In this document: piece after piece, positions 18,271 through 28,280 of the stretch | Layout: the number at the start of each line of letters is the position of its first letter | Position numbering within the stretch: position 1 is the first letter of the stretch | From: a virus | IMG/VR virus record: IMGVR_UViG_3300030106_005509 | Span: 1-64,000 of that record | Length of the DNA stretch: 64,000 nucleotides | Direction: 5' to 3' (one strand) | Notes under the pieces: model-generated | The model's input: the letters and a program-made list of their open reading frames with translations, nothing else | The model's database searches: none | Told to the model about the DNA's origin: nothing | Made by a program: the position numbers and the translations under genes

Positions 18271-18677
18271 TGGCAAGAAACACAGTAGAGGTAGTAAGCG
18301 ATAAAGCAGTAAGTAGTTGTTCGGGGTCTGGACCTAGCTACACCATCAATTATTCAGCAAAAGTTACTTGGGATCCCGGCGATGCCGGTCCTCCCGCCAT
18401 ACCTGTTCAGGTTGGAGATAATGTCACTGCTTATAAGATGACAGCTGGAGATGGAGCGCATGGAGATGGAGGAACTGATGTCTCTACTTACACATACCTT
18501 GTCACAGGAATAACAGACGGAGATACATTAACACTTAAATATATTACTGATAGTAATGGGGATGGAGATGACTCTCCTTGTGACCTACCTTCTGGAACAG
18601 GAAGTTCAGCATCTCCTAATAAAGCTCCACATGACTTCACAAGAGATTTAGGACCAGCTTTTAATTTGTTTTTATAA
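18270..18677 (+). CDS. hypothetical virion-associated protein
   Basis: 135 aa Gly/Asp/Thr-rich, coupled to the upstream fibre gene. Confidence 0.55.
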   Translation: MARNTVEVVSDKAVSSCSGSGPSYTINYSAKVTWDPGDAGPPAIPVQVGDNVTAYKMTAGDGAHGDGGTDVSTYTYLVTGITDGDTLTLKYITDSNGDGDDSPCDLPSGTGSSASPNKAPHDFTRDLGPAFNLFL

Positions 18678-18686
18678 GAGAGAATT

Positions 18687-19748
18687 ATGGACAGATGTCA
18701 GTGCGAGTCGTGGGGATTTTGCTCGTTTTTCCAGCAAGAGATGACTTACGAACCTCCTAACTGGCAGTGGTGTCAAAACGCCACACCAGAAGAAAGAAAA
18801 AAATACAAGATAGCAGTTGAGAAGAAACATAAAAGAAGAGCTACTGGGCCTTGGTGTTATCCAGACAACCTAAGTATTAGATTTTCTACGGTGTCTTCTT
18901 TAGTTGACGACATAAAAAAACACCTACTACCGAAACTTGCAAAGCTAGAAATAAAAGGGGTGGTTGGTATTCCAAGATCTGGAATGTTACCAGCAACTCT
19001 GTGTGCTTTGTGGCTAAACGTACCTATGTATTCAGTTGCGGAGGACGGAAGCTTGCATTTAATGTCAAATGCTTCAGGCTTTGGCGGCTTGAGGATGTCC
19101 AAGTTTAAGGAGAGACAGGGCGATATTCTTTTGATAGACGACACGCTTTCAAGCGGTGGTTCTATGAAAGAGGCTTTGGAAAGCATAAAGACAGACGAAA
19201 AGATAATAACATGCGCTGTTTATGCTAACCCTAAAAACATTGAAAAGATAGACGTTTACGGTATTGATTTGCATCATCCATACATATTGGATTGGTGCTT
19301 TTTTAATACGTCGTACATGGAAAAAAGCTATTTAGACTTTGATGGAATTCTTTCACCAGATGTTCCTTCAAACATAGCAAACGACGAGAGTAAGTATGTT
19401 GAATATATAGCTAACGTAGCACCTATACAGTATAGACTTCCTCGTCTTTATAAGATCAAAGGGATAGTAACAGCGAGATTAGAAAAATACAGAAAGGTGA
19501 CAGAGTGGTGGCTTGACAAGCATGAAATAGAATATGAAGAGCTTCACATGTTTCCAACAGAAAGACAGCAAGAAAGGGACGCAAACCATATAGAAGAGTC
19601 TTCCAGTTTTAAGTCTGACATATACAAAAAAAGCGATGCTTTTATTTTTGTTGAGAGTCACAAATTAGAAGCAAAGAAGATACACGAGAAGTCGGGTAAA
19701 GTTGTTATATGTCCTGATGATGAAAGGATATGGGTAAAACGTGACTAG
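18687..19748 (+). CDS. phosphoribosyltransferase-like / HAD-like fusion protein
   Basis: GIPRSG and LLIDDTLSSGGSM (PRPP-binding loop); YLDFDGIL and IVTAR (HAD motifs I/II); Cys-rich N-terminus. Confidence 0.75.
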   Translation: MDRCQCESWGFCSFFQQEMTYEPPNWQWCQNATPEERKKYKIAVEKKHKRRATGPWCYPDNLSIRFSTVSSLVDDIKKHLLPKLAKLEIKGVVGIPRSGMLPATLCALWLNVPMYSVAEDGSLHLMSNASGFGGLRMSKFKERQGDILLIDDTLSSGGSMKEALESIKTDEKIITCAVYANPKNIEKIDVYGIDLHHPYILDWCFFNTSYMEKSYLDFDGILSPDVPSNIANDESKYVEYIANVAPIQYRLPRLYKIKGIVTARLEKYRKVTEWWLDKHEIEYEELHMFPTERQQERDANHIEESSSFKSDIYKKSDAFIFVESHKLEAKKIHEKSGKVVICPDDERIWVKRD

Positions 19749-20340
19749 TGTTATAATCCCGTTTTCTAGTTCTAGATTTATTCATGTACCAAAGACCGGC
19801 GGAACTTGGGCATTAGAAGCCATGAGTTCAATAGGTTTAAAGTATGAGGTTATAAATCCAAGAAAAGATATAAGAGGTGGTCATACTGGATTTTACTACA
19901 AGCAACGAGGAGCATTTTCCTTTGGGTTTGTTAGAAATCCTTTTGACTGGTACAAGTCATTTTATAAGTTTAATAAAGGTCTTAGCTCTAGAACAAAAGG
20001 GCAACTAGGTATAAAAAGATGGAATCTAGAAGACATAAATGAGTTTGTCTTTGATTCGATTGAAAATGGACATAATCTGTCTGAGCAGTTAAGGTACTTT
20101 TTTGGACATTTTTACGAAATAAGTTTTATAGGTAAATATGAAAACCTATGCGAGGATTTGATAAAAGCTCTTTATTTATCTGGAGAGTTTTTTGACGTTG
20201 GTTATGAGGATACTATAAGAGAGTTTAGCAATACTATTGTTAACTCTAGTGAAGGTTTGGAATGCGGAGAATACTCGACAGAAGCAAAGAATGCAATATT
20301 TAGAGCGGACAGAAAAATATTCAGAAGATTTGATTATTAA
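19741..20340 (+). CDS. sulfotransferase family protein
   Basis: FIHVPKTGGTW, FVRNPFDWYKS and FIGKYENLCEDL motifs. Confidence 0.85.
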   Translation: MTSVIIPFSSSRFIHVPKTGGTWALEAMSSIGLKYEVINPRKDIRGGHTGFYYKQRGAFSFGFVRNPFDWYKSFYKFNKGLSSRTKGQLGIKRWNLEDINEFVFDSIENGHNLSEQLRYFFGHFYEISFIGKYENLCEDLIKALYLSGEFFDVGYEDTIREFSNTIVNSSEGLECGEYSTEAKNAIFRADRKIFRRFDY

Positions 20341-20906
20341 TGGACAAAATTAAAATAGCACAGACAAGAGAAGAGCTGTACTTATCAATACCTAAAGGTG
20401 GCGTAGGGGCAGAGCTTGGTGTTTGCAAAGGTTCAAATGCCGCGATACTCTTCCAATACACAAAGCCTACGAAGATGTACTTGGTTGATATATGGACTGA
20501 GTCATGTCCCGATGGTCAGGAGTGGCATCCACAGCTTATACCAAGCTACGGGAATCATTATGAAATGGTTGCGGACATCTTCTCAGAAGAAATTACTTTA
20601 GGAAGAGCTGAACTTATAAAAGATTATAGTACTGAGTTTTTGTGTGATCTACAGGATAATTCTCTGGACTGGGTTTATTTAGATTCAAATCACGATTATG
20701 AAGTTGTGTCTGCCGAGATAGAAATTTCACTACTAAAAGTAAAGAGTGGTGGATATATCATGGGTCATGATTACTGCAATTTTATGGAGAACACTTGGGG
20801 AACCTCAGTTGTAAGAGCTGTAAACGAGAGGATTCAAAACGGGGACATATTCATGGAAGCTATAAGTGAAGACACATGGCCTTCTTATTTATGCAGAGTT
20901 TTGTAA
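20340..20906 (+). CDS. class I SAM-dependent methyltransferase (Methyltransf_24-like)
   Basis: GAELGVCKG, LVDIW, LDWVYLDSNHDYE, VKSGGYIMGHDY. Confidence 0.85.
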   Translation: MDKIKIAQTREELYLSIPKGGVGAELGVCKGSNAAILFQYTKPTKMYLVDIWTESCPDGQEWHPQLIPSYGNHYEMVADIFSEEITLGRAELIKDYSTEFLCDLQDNSLDWVYLDSNHDYEVVSAEIEISLLKVKSGGYIMGHDYCNFMENTWGTSVVRAVNERIQNGDIFMEAISEDTWPSYLCRVL

Positions 20907-21698
20907 ATGGAAGTAACTTTTGTAATACAAGGACCAATTACTTGTGAAACAATGAAAACAGTAGAGGTCTGTAGGAAGTATGGAGAAGTTATAGTGTCCT
21001 GTTGGGATAACGATTGTCCAAGATTAATAAAAAAACTTAGCAAGCAAGTTAAGGTGGTCAAGAATAAGTTTTTTAACCCTAAAGGATACAACTTTCAAAA
21101 CATACAATATCATATAGCAACATTTTTACAAGGTGTTAAAGAAGCAAAAACAGAGTATGTAATAAAAATAAGATCTGACGAATACTTTACTGATATGTCT
21201 AAATTGATAGAAACTGTCAGCAAAAATAAAGATAAGATTACAACTTGTAATTTTTTATTTAGACCAGATGTATTGTTTCATCCATCGGATCATATTATAG
21301 CAGGAAAAAAGAAAAGCTTGTTTGCGATGCTTATATGGAGTATGGATTTTATAAAAAAATTTAAAGAAGACAAACCTGTTAGTGTAAAAAAAATAGGTTT
21401 AAAAAGCGATCTTTTTTATAAGGATGTAACAGCAGAACTTACATTTTGCATATCCTACCTAAAAGGAAAAGGTATTGATATTATCAACGACATTAAAGAT
21501 ATGGATAATGACGAACTTAAAAAATACCACAAAAAAATAATCAACAATCATTATGCTTTAATCAGAGCTTCAGATATGGGAAATTTTTTGCTCAGATTTA
21601 AAGGAAACCCGGATATAACAGGACCAACGGCATTTACGAATGAACAGGACTTTTTAAATTACGAGTTACCTTCGATAAAATCAATGAAAGAGTTATAA
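20907..21698 (+). CDS. WavE-like polysaccharide/LPS synthesis protein
   Basis: TFVIQGPI, VIVSCWD, YVIKIRSDE, FHPSDHIIAG resemble WavE family motifs; visibly AT-rich. Confidence 0.65.
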   Translation: MEVTFVIQGPITCETMKTVEVCRKYGEVIVSCWDNDCPRLIKKLSKQVKVVKNKFFNPKGYNFQNIQYHIATFLQGVKEAKTEYVIKIRSDEYFTDMSKLIETVSKNKDKITTCNFLFRPDVLFHPSDHIIAGKKKSLFAMLIWSMDFIKKFKEDKPVSVKKIGLKSDLFYKDVTAELTFCISYLKGKGIDIINDIKDMDNDELKKYHKKIINNHYALIRASDMGNFLLRFKGNPDITGPTAFTNEQDFLNYELPSIKSMKEL

Positions 21699-22277
21699 AT
21701 GCTCGGTTTTAATTCAATAAGTTCTAATCCATTCTCAGCAGTGTCAGTTACGGCTTCGAGTAATGCTGTCGCAAAGATAGTCGTTGGACCTGCTTTTAGT
21801 AGGGGTTTTGATATAGGCTTCGAGAGAGGCCCAACACTTATTGCTACAGCCACTATAACTCAAGAAGTTTTACACTCTAGCCTACACCTTTCTGCCACTG
21901 GTACTGTGGAGAAGTTAGGCGTGACTAATATTCCGGTTATTGTAAGCGCTGCTTTTAACTGGGCTGATACCGCTTACCTTCAAAGTCAGGCAAGTTTATC
22001 CGCAAATAGTGTATTATTATTAGGAGGGGTAGCTGATATAACTTTCCCCTCTACGATATCTGCCAAGCTTACGAATGCGTTTGACAACTCAGATATCGTT
22101 GACCTGACTTTATATTTAGACAAACAAATGGACTTGTCTGCGTATATAGAAAAAATGCCAGAACTAGCACTTTATTTAGACAAACAAAAGCCGGTTGATT
22201 TGTATATAGATAAAATTATTAACAAATCTCAATACATAAATAAGCAGTCAAGCTTTGATTTGATGAGAGAGAGATAA
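21699..22277 (+). CDS. virion structural protein
   Basis: MLGFNSISSNPFS N-terminus; C-terminal 10-aa periodic Y[LI][DEN]K repeats. Confidence 0.6.
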   Translation: MLGFNSISSNPFSAVSVTASSNAVAKIVVGPAFSRGFDIGFERGPTLIATATITQEVLHSSLHLSATGTVEKLGVTNIPVIVSAAFNWADTAYLQSQASLSANSVLLLGGVADITFPSTISAKLTNAFDNSDIVDLTLYLDKQMDLSAYIEKMPELALYLDKQKPVDLYIDKIINKSQYINKQSSFDLMRER

Positions 22278-22278
22278 T

Positions 22279-22590
22279 ATGCCAGCCAACGAAGTACACC
22301 AAAATGACGTAGGAACTAAGTTCCTCGTGACAATAAAAGATGGCAGTGACGCTGTAAACGTCTCTAGCGCCACAAGCACAAAACAAATTATTTTTAAAAA
22401 ACCATCAGGAACAAGCATGACAAAAAGCGCTTCGTTTAATACTGACGGAACAGATGGCAAGATATACTACACTGCTGTTGCTGATGACTTAGATGAGATT
22501 GGCACATATGAAATACAGGGAAAGGTAGTTATTACAGACGGAACTTTTTATACGGACATACAAACGTTTAAAGTTCATAGAAATCTATAA
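22279..22590 (+). CDS. BppU-N-like / Ig-like virion protein
   Basis: FKKPSG...DGKIYY...DLDEIGTYEIQGKV pattern. Confidence 0.6.
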   Translation: MPANEVHQNDVGTKFLVTIKDGSDAVNVSSATSTKQIIFKKPSGTSMTKSASFNTDGTDGKIYYTAVADDLDEIGTYEIQGKVVITDGTFYTDIQTFKVHRNL

Positions 22591-22601
22591 AGGGGCGAAA
22601 C

Positions 22602-23111
22602 ATGGCTTGGCAAAATGAAATGAGTATAATTGTTCGTCACTTGATCAATGATCTTGACTCATCTAGTTACACATTTACAGATAGTAGATTAGAAGAAAGC
22701 ATACTAGTAGCTGCTCAGTTAGTACTAATTGAAATAGATTTTGATAAGTCATACACGATAGACGTAGATGCAGCTTCAATATCACCAGACCCAACAACAT
22801 CCGGCGACAAAGACAACTCATTTATAAATCTAGTTTCACTAAAAACCGGCACTATACTACTTGGTAGTGAGCTTAAAACACACTCGCTAAATGCTATTGC
22901 ACTCAAAGATGGCCCTTCCTCCTTAGATCTAAGAGGAATAGTAAGTAGTCTAAAAATACTTTTTGATGACATAAATAAAAAGTATGAAGATGCAAAAGTA
23001 GAGTTCAAGATGAACGGTATTGTAGGCCAAGCTATACTCGGCCCATACTCACCGGGTAGCGATGGTGTCGCCAGAATGCACTTAGGTAGAAGATCAGGAT
23101 ACTTTGAATAA
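22602..23111 (+). CDS. putative head-tail adaptor
   Basis: IVRHLINDLD...FTDSRL N-terminus typical of head-to-tail connectors; position in the module. Confidence 0.55.
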   Translation: MAWQNEMSIIVRHLINDLDSSSYTFTDSRLEESILVAAQLVLIEIDFDKSYTIDVDAASISPDPTTSGDKDNSFINLVSLKTGTILLGSELKTHSLNAIALKDGPSSLDLRGIVSSLKILFDDINKKYEDAKVEFKMNGIVGQAILGPYSPGSDGVARMHLGRRSGYFE

Positions 23112-25384
23112 TGGCAGAATATACACAAAATTCACTTAAATCAAAAATAGATGCTGACCTAGCTGATAATCAAGCTGGAGGTATCACAGCAGAAACATTA
23201 AGAACCACCCTGAAGCACATGGTGGATTCTGTTATACCAATTTCTGCTAGTGGCTCTGATATATATTTTATAAACGACATTGACATTAGAGATAATGGCG
23301 TTGCGATAGCAGATCAAAATATAGGAACCATAAAATCTCAATGGAATAACAATGACGTTTCATCTATAAACTTTTTCTCAGGCTCTGATACCACAAACAA
23401 AGACGATGGATACATAGTATTCAAAACTGCTGCGTCTGGAGTCTCTTCGACCACAGGTGGAGAAAGCTTGGTAAAAAGACTTGAGATAAGTAAATCCGGC
23501 CAAACCTTGATTTATGGTAGCGGAAATACACTCCCAAGTATGGAAATAAGAAGTATTAATGCTTCTGGTGTTAATATCCTACTGGAAAAATCTGTTGGCA
23601 ACCTAGCTGTGCCTACAAATCAGTCTTTCTATGCAGGGCATTGGGACTCCTCAACATCTTCCTTCACACCTAGAATTGCTTTCAATACTAACGGTAGGTT
23701 TGGTGTTGGTACTACCTATCCACAAAGCCAGATACATGTAAGTGCTTCTGGTGCAGCGATGAGGGTTGATTCGGAGGTTGATTCCAATGACTATGCATCT
23801 ATAAAGATAAACAAATATAAAACTAACTCATCTACGTATGACTCAAACAATCTTAATGTAGGCTTTGGTCTTGGTGTCGCCAGTGCTGCCAGTGGTGTTG
23901 GTTACTTTTTTGTAGCTAGAGATACCAATAGAAATGATGCAGTTAGAGCCAGCGAATCACTCATGGTGGTTGATAGTGGCGGCCATGTTGGTATAGGCAC
24001 TAGATATCCAAAAGAAAGACTAGAGGTTGGGGATAGTCTTGGTAAGATCACTGCTAGTGGAGATGGTCATGCAGTATCAATATCTTCAAAGACAGGCGAT
24101 TCTCATCTTTATATAGGTTCTGGTGACGGTAGAGCTTACCTCTCAAATTATGCAGATATAAGATGGGAAGGCGATAATCACAGACTAGTTATAGATACAA
24201 AAAGCGCTCAAGTACCCAGAGCGCAATCGTTTGTTATTGACTCAACAAATGGCAACATTGGAGTAGGCCATTCAGGAATAAGCGTTGAACACACTTGGAG
24301 ACCAAACCATAACTTCCATGTCTCTGGAAGCGGAACTCCAACAACCTTAACGCTTGAAAACTCTCTCAATACAAACACAGCAATACACATAGGTAAGAAT
24401 ACAGATGGTAGCGGCATATTAACTTATGCGTCTACTGATAATGAAAAGGGTCATTGGGCCACTATAGGTTATAAGTCTTCTAACTCCTCTTTGAAGATCA
24501 ATAACTCAGGATCCTTTGTTCCTTCTCATTTAACTATTGATAGAAGAGGAAATGTTGGTATTAATACCGACTCTCCATATCATTCTACTGTTCTAGGCAA
24601 GGACAGGTTGCATGTTTATGGTGAAAATACCTCGATGATTATTGGAGACCCATTTGGTGGAAGCAACTCAGCTCTAAGATTTGTTGGTTCTAGATCAACA
24701 AACAACACTGCTTACATACAAGCGGGAACTAGTGCCGCAGACACAAATGCAAAACTAAACATAACTAGATTTGATGCGGAAGGCAGTAACCTTCACAAGA
24801 TGGAGGTCTATGCAGATTCTACTAAATTCCGTGGATCTGGCGTGTTTAACGAAGTTAGTGTACAAGGCAACATATTGCTAAACGATAACTGGTTAAGTAA
24901 CGACGGAGGAAATGAAGGTATAAAAATAACAGACGACGGAAAAGTCGGATTGAATACCACTCCTTCATATGAATTACAGTTAAGTAGTAATTCTGCTGCA
25001 AAACCAATAAGTTCTGTATGGACTGTAGTATCAGACCAAAGAGTCAAAACAGATATAAACACCATAGAAGGTGCTTTGGATAAAATAGGCTCATTGAGAC
25101 CAGTCAAATTTAAATATACAGAAAGCTATTGTGATTGTACAGCTGGGGTTACACCTGATAATGACTACTACAACTTTATTGCACAAGAAGTTGAACAACA
25201 TTTTCCAGAGGCTGTTATTAATAGCGGACATGACCTAAAAGATCATGATACACATGAAGTGATTGTGGAGGATGTAAAATCTCTTGATAACCATATAATT
25301 AATGTTTACCTAGTTGCTGCTGTCAAAGAGCTTAAAGCTGAACTTGATGCGGCTAAACAAAGAATTTCAGAATTAGAATCCTAA
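23111..25384 (+). CDS. tail fibre with C-terminal intramolecular chaperone (peptidase S74)
   Basis: Repeated G[NH]VGI[GN]T..P fibre motifs; WTVVSDQRVKTDI...FIAQEV...FPEAV...AVKEL chaperone signature. Confidence 0.85.
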   Translation: MAEYTQNSLKSKIDADLADNQAGGITAETLRTTLKHMVDSVIPISASGSDIYFINDIDIRDNGVAIADQNIGTIKSQWNNNDVSSINFFSGSDTTNKDDGYIVFKTAASGVSSTTGGESLVKRLEISKSGQTLIYGSGNTLPSMEIRSINASGVNILLEKSVGNLAVPTNQSFYAGHWDSSTSSFTPRIAFNTNGRFGVGTTYPQSQIHVSASGAAMRVDSEVDSNDYASIKINKYKTNSSTYDSNNLNVGFGLGVASAASGVGYFFVARDTNRNDAVRASESLMVVDSGGHVGIGTRYPKERLEVGDSLGKITASGDGHAVSISSKTGDSHLYIGSGDGRAYLSNYADIRWEGDNHRLVIDTKSAQVPRAQSFVIDSTNGNIGVGHSGISVEHTWRPNHNFHVSGSGTPTTLTLENSLNTNTAIHIGKNTDGSGILTYASTDNEKGHWATIGYKSSNSSLKINNSGSFVPSHLTIDRRGNVGINTDSPYHSTVLGKDRLHVYGENTSMIIGDPFGGSNSALRFVGSRSTNNTAYIQAGTSAADTNAKLNITRFDAEGSNLHKMEVYADSTKFRGSGVFNEVSVQGNILLNDNWLSNDGGNEGIKITDDGKVGLNTTPSYELQLSSNSAAKPISSVWTVVSDQRVKTDINTIEGALDKIGSLRPVKFKYTESYCDCTAGVTPDNDYYNFIAQEVEQHFPEAVINSGHDLKDHDTHEVIVEDVKSLDNHIINVYLVAAVKELKAELDAAKQRISELES

Positions 25385-25397
25385 TAAGGAGATAAAT

Positions 25398-25604
25398 ATG
25401 GCTGACGTAGCTGATCATGCACAAAAAAACGTAAGCGCAATTAATAACGGTGCTGTTGTAGTTGGTTCTCCAAAAGCAGCTGGTACTGATGCGATTGGCA
25501 GTAATTTTACTATTGACGCTACCCAAAATGACGCTGGTACAACTGGCGGTCTTGAAGGCAAGCTTACAGATAGATTTGACGAAGTAACTTATTACACATC
25601 ATAA
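25398..25604 (+). CDS. small hypothetical virion protein
   Basis: AAGGAG RBS, 68 aa. Confidence 0.65.
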   Translation: MADVADHAQKNVSAINNGAVVVGSPKAAGTDAIGSNFTIDATQNDAGTTGGLEGKLTDRFDEVTYYTS

Positions 25605-25614
25605 GGAATAAACA

Positions 25615-25911
25615 ATGACAGCTGTTCCTAATTTTTTAACAGGTAGAAAGAGTAGCATTGGAACCACTGCGCTTCAATTAACTACTAATACCACCAAAGC
25701 TGACAGAGGTGTTCAGGTTACAGCGGCTGCTGGTAACTCTGCAACTATATATGTCGGTTTACATAACGTAACAGCGGACTCAGCAGATGATACCGATGGT
25801 TTCCCATTGGCAGCTGGAGAGTCCATACTAGTTCCTGTCAGAGATGCGACAAAAATATATGTCGTAGCTTCTAGCGGTTCTAGTAGTAAAGTATTTTTCA
25901 TGCTTGTATAG
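25615..25911 (+). CDS. small beta-rich virion protein
   Basis: A..GN.ATIYVG...GFPLAAGES pattern common in phage structural genes. Confidence 0.65.
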   Translation: MTAVPNFLTGRKSSIGTTALQLTTNTTKADRGVQVTAAAGNSATIYVGLHNVTADSADDTDGFPLAAGESILVPVRDATKIYVVASSGSSSKVFFMLV

Positions 25912-25921
25912 GGAGTCCGCA

Positions 25922-26674
25922 ATGGAACTCATCTTAAAAATAGATGATGTAGCTGGCGACAATACATACAAAGATGGAGATATAGTACAGGCTTTTTCAA
26001 ATGAGCGAATACTCTTATGTCACGCTCAAATAAAGTGCCATGTAAGTAATTTCCCTTTGGATACTGTCACCGGTCTTCGTCCAAACGATGGACTTCTCAT
26101 GAAGTTCATGGAGAAAACCAACAAGTTTAAATTCGTTAGAGTTAATGACTCTCAAGTCAAAAAGGTTAATCTAGTAACTTTAGAAGAGGAAGTGTTGGAA
26201 CACGATTCACACACCTTCTTAAAAGATAGATTTACAGACTCTAACCATTTAATATTTGGGGAAAGCGGTTCAGAAATTTGGTACTCAACCAATAGAGCGC
26301 CAAACATAGATGCTATATGGAATGATATAGAGACTCATACCGACTATCTAAAGGACGATCATTTTTCTTGGCCGTTAACAAGTCTAGAAAAAAGACACTT
26401 CTATGCCATGAACTGTAGAGGAAATGCTGGAGGGACAGTACAGGAACTTTCCGGCGGCACTGTAAATGAACGCCACTTCAAAGCAGTTACTGAAGATGAA
26501 GTTATTGTTGCTAAGAGAAGGTGGCATGTTCCTTACTGGGATATCTCAGGCGTAGACGTAGACAGCGTAAGAGACAAAGAAAAAGAAATTGACGGCAGGG
26601 TAAGTAGAGAAGAAAGACCTTTTATAGATGATATCACTGTAGACAAAGTTGAAGCGGGGATAATAGTAATATAA
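25922..26674 (+). CDS. hypothetical protein
   Basis: GGGAG RBS then ATG 25922 (track start 25904); coupled to the next gene. Confidence 0.7.
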   Translation: MELILKIDDVAGDNTYKDGDIVQAFSNERILLCHAQIKCHVSNFPLDTVTGLRPNDGLLMKFMEKTNKFKFVRVNDSQVKKVNLVTLEEEVLEHDSHTFLKDRFTDSNHLIFGESGSEIWYSTNRAPNIDAIWNDIETHTDYLKDDHFSWPLTSLEKRHFYAMNCRGNAGGTVQELSGGTVNERHFKAVTEDEVIVAKRRWHVPYWDISGVDVDSVRDKEKEIDGRVSREERPFIDDITVDKVEAGIIVI

Positions 26675-27780
26675 TGGCAACTGTTACAAAAAGCATAGGC
26701 ACTTCTTCCCGTGACTACAGCACAATAGCTGCATGGGAAGCAGATTTAGATAGCTCCTCAATATATTCAAGTGGTGACGATGCTGTTGGTGAACTTTATA
26801 ACGACAGTGTTTTTGTTGAGGATATTGATATAGATGGTGGGGGTAGCATTGGTTTAGACACCATAACACTTACATCTTCAGATACTGAAGGCAATAGGCA
26901 CAGAGGTATCAAAAACTCAGGACCTATAGTCAGGCATAATTCTTCTAGTAGAGACTTTATTGAAGTTGCAGGTAATGCGACTGTCGATAGCGTGACAATA
27001 TCTTTTATTGAGTTTGACGGAGATGATGACTCAGTAAGTAATGGTGACGACAAACACTGTATCAAGTATACAGGGGCAACTGAACTTTACTTTCAAAATA
27101 ACTTACTTCATAGCTGGGGTTCTGGGCAGGACGCGTCAGACACACGCACCTTTAAAGTAGAGGGTGACAAAACAGTATTCACTAATAATTTTATATTTAA
27201 TATACATGGTGGATCTGGTCACACTTGGTATGTGTTTATGGGCAATTCTTCTTCAGCAAAAGAGTGTTTGATATTAAACAATAGTTTTTACGATATAGAT
27301 AAGCAAAGCGCAGCAAATTCATATCTGTTTAGCCATGTTCATACACATGCAAATTCCAGAATAAGAAACAATGTTATTATGGATGAAAACTTAACAGCTG
27401 TGATTGGAACCGGAACCAAGCACGGATCCGCTGTAACCGACTATGTATGCTACGACGCTTCAAGTCTTACAGGATTCACAAACGTTGTTGAAGACACTTC
27501 TTCCAACGCTTTTTCAGATAATACTGTTTCAGATCCAAATTTACATTTAAAGTCAATAAGTAATTGTATAGATGCTGGTGTAGACCTTGGAGCATCGCCA
27601 ACTAATGTCGCGGTTGATATAGACGGCAGAAACAGACATACCGAAGAAGATACTTGGGACTTGGGCGCAGATGAATACACAGCCGCATCTATAACCGGAA
27701 AAAGAGATGGATTTTTAAAACCGAATTACTCCTCTAGGATTGCATTCATATTAGTTGATCCATCATCCGAAATTATATAG
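26674..27780 (+). CDS. parallel beta-helix (pectin-lyase-like) virion protein
   Basis: Repeated xNNx strands; C-terminal LHLK...CIDAG...DIDG..R...WDLGADE (choice-of-anchor Q-like). Confidence 0.65.
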   Translation: MATVTKSIGTSSRDYSTIAAWEADLDSSSIYSSGDDAVGELYNDSVFVEDIDIDGGGSIGLDTITLTSSDTEGNRHRGIKNSGPIVRHNSSSRDFIEVAGNATVDSVTISFIEFDGDDDSVSNGDDKHCIKYTGATELYFQNNLLHSWGSGQDASDTRTFKVEGDKTVFTNNFIFNIHGGSGHTWYVFMGNSSSAKECLILNNSFYDIDKQSAANSYLFSHVHTHANSRIRNNVIMDENLTAVIGTGTKHGSAVTDYVCYDASSLTGFTNVVEDTSSNAFSDNTVSDPNLHLKSISNCIDAGVDLGASPTNVAVDIDGRNRHTEEDTWDLGADEYTAASITGKRDGFLKPNYSSRIAFILVDPSSEII

Positions 27781-27787
27781 GTGAAAA

Positions 27788-28279
27788 ATGGCTATTAACA
27801 TACCAGCAAGCGTATTTGAAAAATTAAACGAAGCAATCTTGCTTTTTAATAGAACTTGTACTCTTGTATACCCAGAAAGAAAAGACAGGTGTGGAAACTG
27901 TATACAAAATACAATAGGTGGAAGATCTGTAAATACCTATAGATCTGGAGGTCCTATTCCTTTTAACAGGGGTTCTTTGTGTCCACTTTGTGGAGGAAAA
28001 GGTGTTAAGTTAGTAGAAGAAACAAAGAGCATTGAAATGAGAGTCTATCATAATAGGAGAGACTTTATTAATGTGGGTTTTAATGCAGATATCCCAAGTA
28101 ATGTTATACAAACCATAGGATATATGTCCGACTACGATGACATTATCAAGGCTAAAGAATTACTGGTAGACGTTGGGTCTTACAGGCAGGGCAGGTACAA
28201 AAGAATGTCAGAGCCTTTTGTTCAAGGGTTTAAACAAAACCCAACCCAATATGTAGTTGTTTACTGGGAAAGAGTATAG
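27788..28279 (+). CDS. putative head-closure/neck protein with Zn-finger-like motif
   Basis: CGNC...CPLCGGKG; position between adaptor and tail genes. Confidence 0.55.
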   Translation: MAINIPASVFEKLNEAILLFNRTCTLVYPERKDRCGNCIQNTIGGRSVNTYRSGGPIPFNRGSLCPLCGGKGVKLVEETKSIEMRVYHNRRDFINVGFNADIPSNVIQTIGYMSDYDDIIKAKELLVDVGSYRQGRYKRMSEPFVQGFKQNPTQYVVVYWERV

Positions 28280-28280
28280 T

